Shown here: positions 59,068 to 64,000 of the stretch, in pieces | How the letters are laid out: each line of letters opens with the position of its first letter | How positions within the stretch are numbered: position 1 is the first letter of the stretch | From: Candidatus Poribacteria bacterium | GTDB lineage: Bacteria > Poribacteria > WGA-4E > PCPOR2b | Reading direction: 5' to 3' | Assembly (NCBI GenBank): GCA_965218095.1 | Contig: OZ244587.1 | Location: 5,152,001-5,216,000 of the forward strand | DNA: 64,000 bases | The notes under the pieces: model-generated | Told to the model about the DNA's origin: nothing | Seen by the model: only the letters and a program-made list of their open reading frames with translations | Database searches by the model: none | Position numbers and translations under genes: made by a program

Positions 59068-60036
59068 ATGATGAACAGCAAAGGCAGTGCTCTTGATGAA
59101 TACTTAAAAGCCAAACAGCGCCGACGACAGCAAATCGCTAAACGCCGAAAGCGGATGGCACTGGGTGAGCCAGTGTCTATTCCTTTGAAATCCATTTCGT
59201 TGAATCGAGAACAGCGGGGTGCAATTTCTGCCTCCCAAACGACATCTGATCAGGAGCAAGGGAATCGAGTCCTTACCTCTAAGCGTTTTGCGCTGCTGGT
59301 TTCTCTCTGCTTCCATCTCATTGGAGCATTGATAGCAACACTATATATCGTTCAAGCGCCCAATGTCGATGATGATGCCGTCGTTGTAAATCTCATGAAA
59401 TGGAAACCCGCTAAAGTTAAACGCCGCGTGCCCCCTCGGCAAATAGAAAGTATTACGCCCCCCAAATCTTTTCGAATTCAAGCGCCACAGTTACGGCAGC
59501 CTACCACGGCAGCGGTGGAAATTCCATCAGACAATGCAAGGTTTATCCCTCACGGAAATCTGCGGATCCCTGTTCAGGCGCCCTCTAGTGCCGTCTCGAT
59601 TTCAGAAGCGCTGGATAAAAAACTGAGGAGCAGCCATCGGGCAGAAATACCTTCAGAAATACCTGAAATTAAACCCCAGTCATCTTCATCAGTTCTATCA
59701 AAAATTGAGACACATCTCCCCGATCCCGATTTCATTGAACTCCCAGACACTGAGTTGAGCGATGTTACTCAGCGACCCCGTTTAATCAACAAAGTCGAGC
59801 CGAAGTATCCAGAATCTGCCCGCCGCGCTCAAAAGGAAGGCGTGGTTATGCTTGAAGCGACAATCGGCGTGGACGGAATGGCAAGAGACATTCAGGTAGT
59901 GGAATCGTTAGGATTCGGCTGCGATGAGGCGGCGGCTAAAGCCCTGAAAGCCTCTCGCTTTGCTCCAGCCAAGCAAGGGAAAACAGCCGTGCCTATGCGG
60001 ATACGGATTCCATATCGGTTCATTTTTGAGAATTAG
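59068..60036 (+). CDS. TonB family energy transducer
   Basis: TM SLCFH motif, P.YPESARRAQKEG.V, IRIPYRF C-terminal domain. Confidence 0.88.
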   Translation: MMNSKGSALDEYLKAKQRRRQQIAKRRKRMALGEPVSIPLKSISLNREQRGAISASQTTSDQEQGNRVLTSKRFALLVSLCFHLIGALIATLYIVQAPNVDDDAVVVNLMKWKPAKVKRRVPPRQIESITPPKSFRIQAPQLRQPTTAAVEIPSDNARFIPHGNLRIPVQAPSSAVSISEALDKKLRSSHRAEIPSEIPEIKPQSSSSVLSKIETHLPDPDFIELPDTELSDVTQRPRLINKVEPKYPESARRAQKEGVVMLEATIGVDGMARDIQVVESLGFGCDEAAAKALKASRFAPAKQGKTAVPMRIRIPYRFIFEN

Positions 60037-60045
60037 TCATTTTTT

Positions 60046-60063
60046 TATTAACCAATGGTGCTA
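60046..60063 (+). mobile_element. Solo end of the IS982-like element
   Basis: TATTA-ACCAATGGTGCTA matches the reverse complement of the IS end at 41543-41555 (13/13) and has a TATTA flank. Confidence 0.7.
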
Positions 60064-60115
60064 ATACCTAATACTGCATCGCGCATGACGTATTCCGTTC
60101 ATTGACAAATTCCCG

Positions 60116-60570
60116 ATGAACCCAAAAGGAGACCTTTGATATAGGCAGCAGTGGTATCAAGGTGATGGTCCTGGATGAGAGTGGAAATTCCGTGAGCGAA
60201 CGAGCTCGCATCCCAACCCCGCAACCTGCTAAACCGGATGCTGTCCTCGCGGCAATCATCGAGTTAGCTGAAAAACAGGGTGACCGTGTATTGGTAGGCT
60301 TTCTCGGTGTGGTGTGCAGGGGTGTGACTGAAATAGCAGCGAACCTTGCACTGGATTGGGTTTGATTTGGCGAAGGCGCTGTCTGAAAGCCTCAACAAAC
60401 CGGTGCGCGTCGCTAATGACGCTAACATTCAAGGGTTCGACGCCATTTCTGGACACGGTGTGGAATTGGTTGTCACGTTGGGGACAGGCTTCAGATCGGC
60501 GCTGTTCGTTGATGGAAAACTGGCACCTAACCTTGAAACTGCACATCACCCCTCCCGTAGGGGAGAATCC
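60116..60570 (+). pseudogene. ROK-family polyphosphate glucokinase pseudogene
   Basis: DIGSSGIK, RIPTP, frameshift, VANDA..QG, TLGTG..SALF.DG.L.PNLE.AHHP; truncated. Confidence 0.75.
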
Positions 60571-60662
60571 TCAACCGGATCTTTGCCACTGCGGTGGCTT
60601 CAACGAAGGGCGAAAAACGTCTCCCTTGCTGAAACCTGCAAGACGAAATAGATACATTCCCC

Positions 60663-62192
60663 TTACGCCCCCAGCCAGAATGCGTACAGCCTTGCCTGCC
60701 ACAACACGAAGCGGATGCGCACCGATTTTTCAAAGGCCATCTCCGGTTGACCCTCCCAGGCCATACGTTCAGACAGATGATTGCCTTTCAGGGGGATGCT
60801 CTGCGGTGTGGAGAAGCTAGCCTGCACTCGCATCGTCTCGGCGTCCAGAATTTCGGCGCGGACCTCACCCCACTTCGCCTCAGCATTGACGTACAAATTT
60901 TCGCCGTTCAGCATGAATGGTTTTGTAGTGACCGTTCCGACCTCTTCGGCGTCGAGAGACACGAATCCATCCGGCCTCAGTTTTGCCAGACACAACGCGC
61001 CGCTGTCGTCAAAAAGCTCGGGGTCGATATCCAAGCGGTAAAGTTCTTTATTCCTGTTGTACATCCGGTAAAGTTTCCTGCTAGCAGGGAAGCGGAGAGC
61101 ATTGTAGTAAATCCAGATCTCCCGGTTGTCGTGGACGTGGGGTCGCCCGGTTAACAGGTTCTGATTCGTACCGTAATTCTCTCCGTCCCATGGGTCTACC
61201 CCGATAAACACCGCCCGGTCTGCTACACGCTCCCAATGATACAGATTACGTGATACTGCAAGTTCCACCTGGTTGATGCGCGTATAATTCATCTGTGGCG
61301 GCGGACAGGCTCCGAAGGGGTTAAAGAGTCCCGGGAAACCGATGTAGATTCCCTCGTAAGGCATTACCGCCATCTGGTAGACTTCGGCGATGTAGTCCGT
61401 GTTATCAACAATCGGCGGTGTGATATACGCCGGGGTTTCGACCACCTCCCGGACCCGTTTCTTGCGGTTCTCTTTATCAATTTCATCGGAATGCAGGATG
61501 AGTTGCGGCTCGGTAAAGGTCACGAAGTCCTTACTCGTTGCAAGCCAGACCGAACGCCCCCACTCGGTGGGTTGCTTTACCATGGTGATATATTGCTCGC
61601 TGATTTCGTCATAAGTGAAATGGGACTCGTCCTGACTGGGGATGGGCGGTGCATCAAGCATTGTCCAATGGAAACCATCCGGCGAAACACCAAGAAACCG
61701 ATTGCGGGCATCGAAGAGACCCTTGTATCGACGTTGGGGGTCGGGGTCGCGTTCATCACGGATGATGTGATACAGATTCCGATGCCCTGTCCTGGGATCG
61801 CAGGTCGCTTTGGATCCCGATATTATTGGGGCGATGTTGTTATCTTTCGATCCACGCCATTCGTAGAGCTCAAGCGAAGGCACTTCCCAGTGAACCCCAT
61901 CCGTCGAGGTTGCATAGTGCGTCAGTGAGATGCTCGCGTCGCGGTGTTCGCCGTAGGGCTCAACGGGGACGCTTGCCCAATACCACCATTCCCAAGTTCT
62001 TTTTTCAGAGTTCCACTGTGGCGCGCTTCGGCTCTGAAGGGATGTCTGCCCCTGCGAGCGGTCCGGTCTGATGACAGGCCCACACTTCTTCGGTTGATGC
62101 AACGTCCGCTTTATGTTCAATGTCTTGTCGATAGCGTAGTCGTCGAGGAACAGTTGTTTGTGTTGGGCCGGATTGATGAGTGAAAGTTGCAT
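60663..62192 (-). CDS. Hypothetical five-bladed beta-propeller glycoside-hydrolase-like protein
   Basis: QLFLDD, YATSTDGVHW, SPDG.HW, LAVSR...WER, LRPDGFVSL. Confidence 0.7.
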   Translation of the reverse strand: MQLSLINPAQHKQLFLDDYAIDKTLNIKRTLHQPKKCGPVIRPDRSQGQTSLQSRSAPQWNSEKRTWEWWYWASVPVEPYGEHRDASISLTHYATSTDGVHWEVPSLELYEWRGSKDNNIAPIISGSKATCDPRTGHRNLYHIIRDERDPDPQRRYKGLFDARNRFLGVSPDGFHWTMLDAPPIPSQDESHFTYDEISEQYITMVKQPTEWGRSVWLATSKDFVTFTEPQLILHSDEIDKENRKKRVREVVETPAYITPPIVDNTDYIAEVYQMAVMPYEGIYIGFPGLFNPFGACPPPQMNYTRINQVELAVSRNLYHWERVADRAVFIGVDPWDGENYGTNQNLLTGRPHVHDNREIWIYYNALRFPASRKLYRMYNRNKELYRLDIDPELFDDSGALCLAKLRPDGFVSLDAEEVGTVTTKPFMLNGENLYVNAEAKWGEVRAEILDAETMRVQASFSTPQSIPLKGNHLSERMAWEGQPEMAFEKSVRIRFVLWQARLYAFWLGA

Positions 62193-62240
62193 GGCAGTGT
62201 TTCTTAACAGTTTGGGTGTTACCCACTTCATCTTGATCTG

Positions 62241-62322
62241 AATCCCAGATGGATCGGGGCGGGTCTCCCCGATTGCATCGGGATTCAAAGCAACTGGCGA
62301 GACGAGATCCCGCGTAGCGGGG
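62241..62322. repeat. Cluster of mini-palindromes (ATCCCG..CGGGG family)
   Basis: ATCCCAGATGGATCGGGG; CCCCGATTGCATCGGGATTCAAAGCAACTGGCG; ATCCCGCGTAGCGGGG. Confidence 0.65.
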
Positions 62323-62401
62323 CGCTGCATCTTGAATCCTGATCCAGACAAGATTCAAGGTAAGTGTTCAGGGGGTAGACCAGCGACATTCCTGTACTTA
62401 T

Positions 62402-62450
62402 AAAAAAACGAGGCATCCACGGCCTAAATTCACAGGCCAGGGACGCCTTT
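62402..62450 (-). terminator. Rho-independent terminator
   Basis: AGGCATCCACGGCCT/AGGCCAGGGACGCCT stem; A7 on the left is a U-tract on the minus strand. Confidence 0.65.
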
Positions 62451-62471
62451 TGCACAGAATGATTGGGACGC

Positions 62472-64000
62472 TCAAAAATTCCCTCGTCCGACAGCCGTAT
62501 TCCCTGCCGAATCGGTGACCCGAATTGTTACCGTATGGTCACCGGGTGGGAGTGTATTTGTTTGGAGTAGAAGATCTTCGCGTTTGGAGTCAAAGATGCC
62601 ATCGGCCGGAAAGATGACTTGCCAGTGTTCATCGCTATCGATCTTGTAAACCGCCTTCTGGATGTAACTTGACCTGTCCTCAGCCGTACAAGAAATCTGA
62701 TAGGTTTCATCCCCATTTGCTGTGGCGGTGATATTGCCGACCATCGGCTGCGTGTTATCGATATCAAAGGAATCGCTAATCTTATCGGTAGACTTTGCCA
62801 ACCCCGGCGGGTTACTAAGTTTGTCCGTCGCTTCGACCTTGATCGTGTAACGTCCGTCCGGCATTGAGGTTGTATCCCAGGTATAATTGGTCTGCTTTAA
62901 TTCTTTTTTCAGGAGCTTCCAATTCATCTCGTCGATGCCTTTGTAGTAAATGTTGAACTGCAAAGTGTCACTGTTTGCATCTTCCACCTTCCACGCAACC
63001 GTATACTTTTTGTTAGCATTCCGTCCTGAACCAGGTTGAGGTGGGTTTTCTCTCGGGCCGCTACCGCTTCGGGGCGGTCCATTGGATGCTTTAGGTGCGC
63101 GCCCTCGGTTGATTTCAATCGAGTTGAATCGCGGCTCAATATTGGACTGAACCGAGGCAACAGTTACTTTTCTGAGCACAGGCGTTGCGGAGACATCGCT
63201 CGTTGTGAGTTTGGCACGCCACTGAATGTACTGTGCAGAAGGACTCGCAATTTGGGAGGCTTCGGAAACCATTAATTCCTCTGACCAATCACTCCATGTG
63301 CTATCCGGTTTCTCCGTGTTACCGGTTCGCGTGGCAAAAGCGATAGATGTCCCTTCTGGCGTAATACCTTCCCACGATAATTTACCCCATCGCGAGATAA
63401 CTTTCGTATCATTTGCCGTGGATTCAAGCGTACCTTCGGCAATATACGCCGATTGCAATTCAAAAATTTTCCCGGGATTTCCCGTAGCAAGGAGCAGTTT
63501 ATTCGTGTCCGCTGTGCGATGCATAGCAAGAATTTGACTCGCGTCGCATTTGCCTAATGAGATAAAATCCCCATCTGTGTTGACCTGGTAGATCTTTCCG
63601 CTGTCCCCTGTACCAATAAGAAGTTCAGCCTCCGGGATAACCACCATCGCCAGGATCAGCGGATCCGGCACCGTCCACATTATAGAGACAACGCCGTCCG
63701 GCTGAATCTGATAAACCCTTGATTTCTTTTCCTCAGCTGGACGACCGCTCGGAGACGGAGGACCGCTCGGAGGAGGCGGCCCACCCGGCTGCGGAGGCGC
63801 TATGGTAACAGTTCCAGCGTAGATAATCCCTTGGGCATCCATGGCGAGCGTGCGAACCTCTCTCTGCCCTGTCTGGTAAATCACAGAACCGGTCCCGTCA
63901 GTTGTGATAATACGATAGATAATACCTTTTCCATCGCTGCCGGCATACAAAACTCCTTGATGGTAAAGTAGACATAAGATGTTGGGTTCTTCGGAATCAA
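62472..64000 (-). CDS. Beta-propeller + FN3/Ig-like exoprotein (5' end outside window)
   Basis: Propeller repeats (LYAG, LLIGTG, LLATGNPG), TRTGN..PD..WS.WS, DGRYTIKV.ATD, DSAGNT. Confidence 0.75.
   Translation of the reverse strand, partial: DSEEPNILCLLYHQGVLYAGSDGKGIIYRIITTDGTGSVIYQTGQREVRTLAMDAQGIIYAGTVTIAPPQPGGPPPPSGPPSPSGRPAEEKKSRVYQIQPDGVVSIMWTVPDPLILAMVVIPEAELLIGTGDSGKIYQVNTDGDFISLGKCDASQILAMHRTADTNKLLLATGNPGKIFELQSAYIAEGTLESTANDTKVISRWGKLSWEGITPEGTSIAFATRTGNTEKPDSTWSDWSEELMVSEASQIASPSAQYIQWRAKLTTSDVSATPVLRKVTVASVQSNIEPRFNSIEINRGRAPKASNGPPRSGSGPRENPPQPGSGRNANKKYTVAWKVEDANSDTLQFNIYYKGIDEMNWKLLKKELKQTNYTWDTTSMPDGRYTIKVEATDKLSNPPGLAKSTDKISDSFDIDNTQPMVGNITATANGDETYQISCTAEDRSSYIQKAVYKIDSDEHWQVIFPADGIFDSKREDLLLQTNTLPPGDHTVTIRVTDSAGNTAVGRGNF

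Noticed and set aside
1-64000. CRISPR array or cas genes
   Set aside because: No regularly spaced 25-40-bp direct repeats with unique spacers were seen; the heptamer arrays are contiguous; no cas motifs.

Overview
64 kb of a diderm bacterial chromosome. The export tails of the form LLQNYPNPFNPETWIPY...KRMVILK, the PorV-like gene and several Gfo/Idh/MocA oxidoreductases suggest Candidatus Poribacteria; this is an inference. The window carries housekeeping genes (lpxB, lpxK, sucD, kdsB, pyrG, leuB, tRNA-Leu(CAA)), transporters (SSS, TRAP DctQM, TonB, Omp85), a 2189-aa Ig-repeat protein with a T9SS-like tail next to a PorV-like gene, and two IS elements. It also has about 13 gene remnants, including a proS with an in-frame TGA. 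The most unusual signal is non-coding. (1) A composite purine-tract/octamer/heptamer (TTTCACG-type) repeat family sits at about 11 gene junctions, oriented with transcription and in three cases apparently translated as an N-terminal extension. (2) REP-like and mini-palindromic elements are inserted in-frame in genes, including lpxK. (3) There is a 195-bp structured MITE with an 8-bp target duplication. (4) An IS5 element sits inside the emptied terminal repeats of an IS982-like element. An AdkA-like/nucleoside-deoxyribosyltransferase-like fusion next to rimK and a motif-degenerate ThDP-enzyme homolog are candidate uncharacterised functions. No CRISPR array or rRNA was seen. All family calls come from motif recognition by eye, not from database searches.
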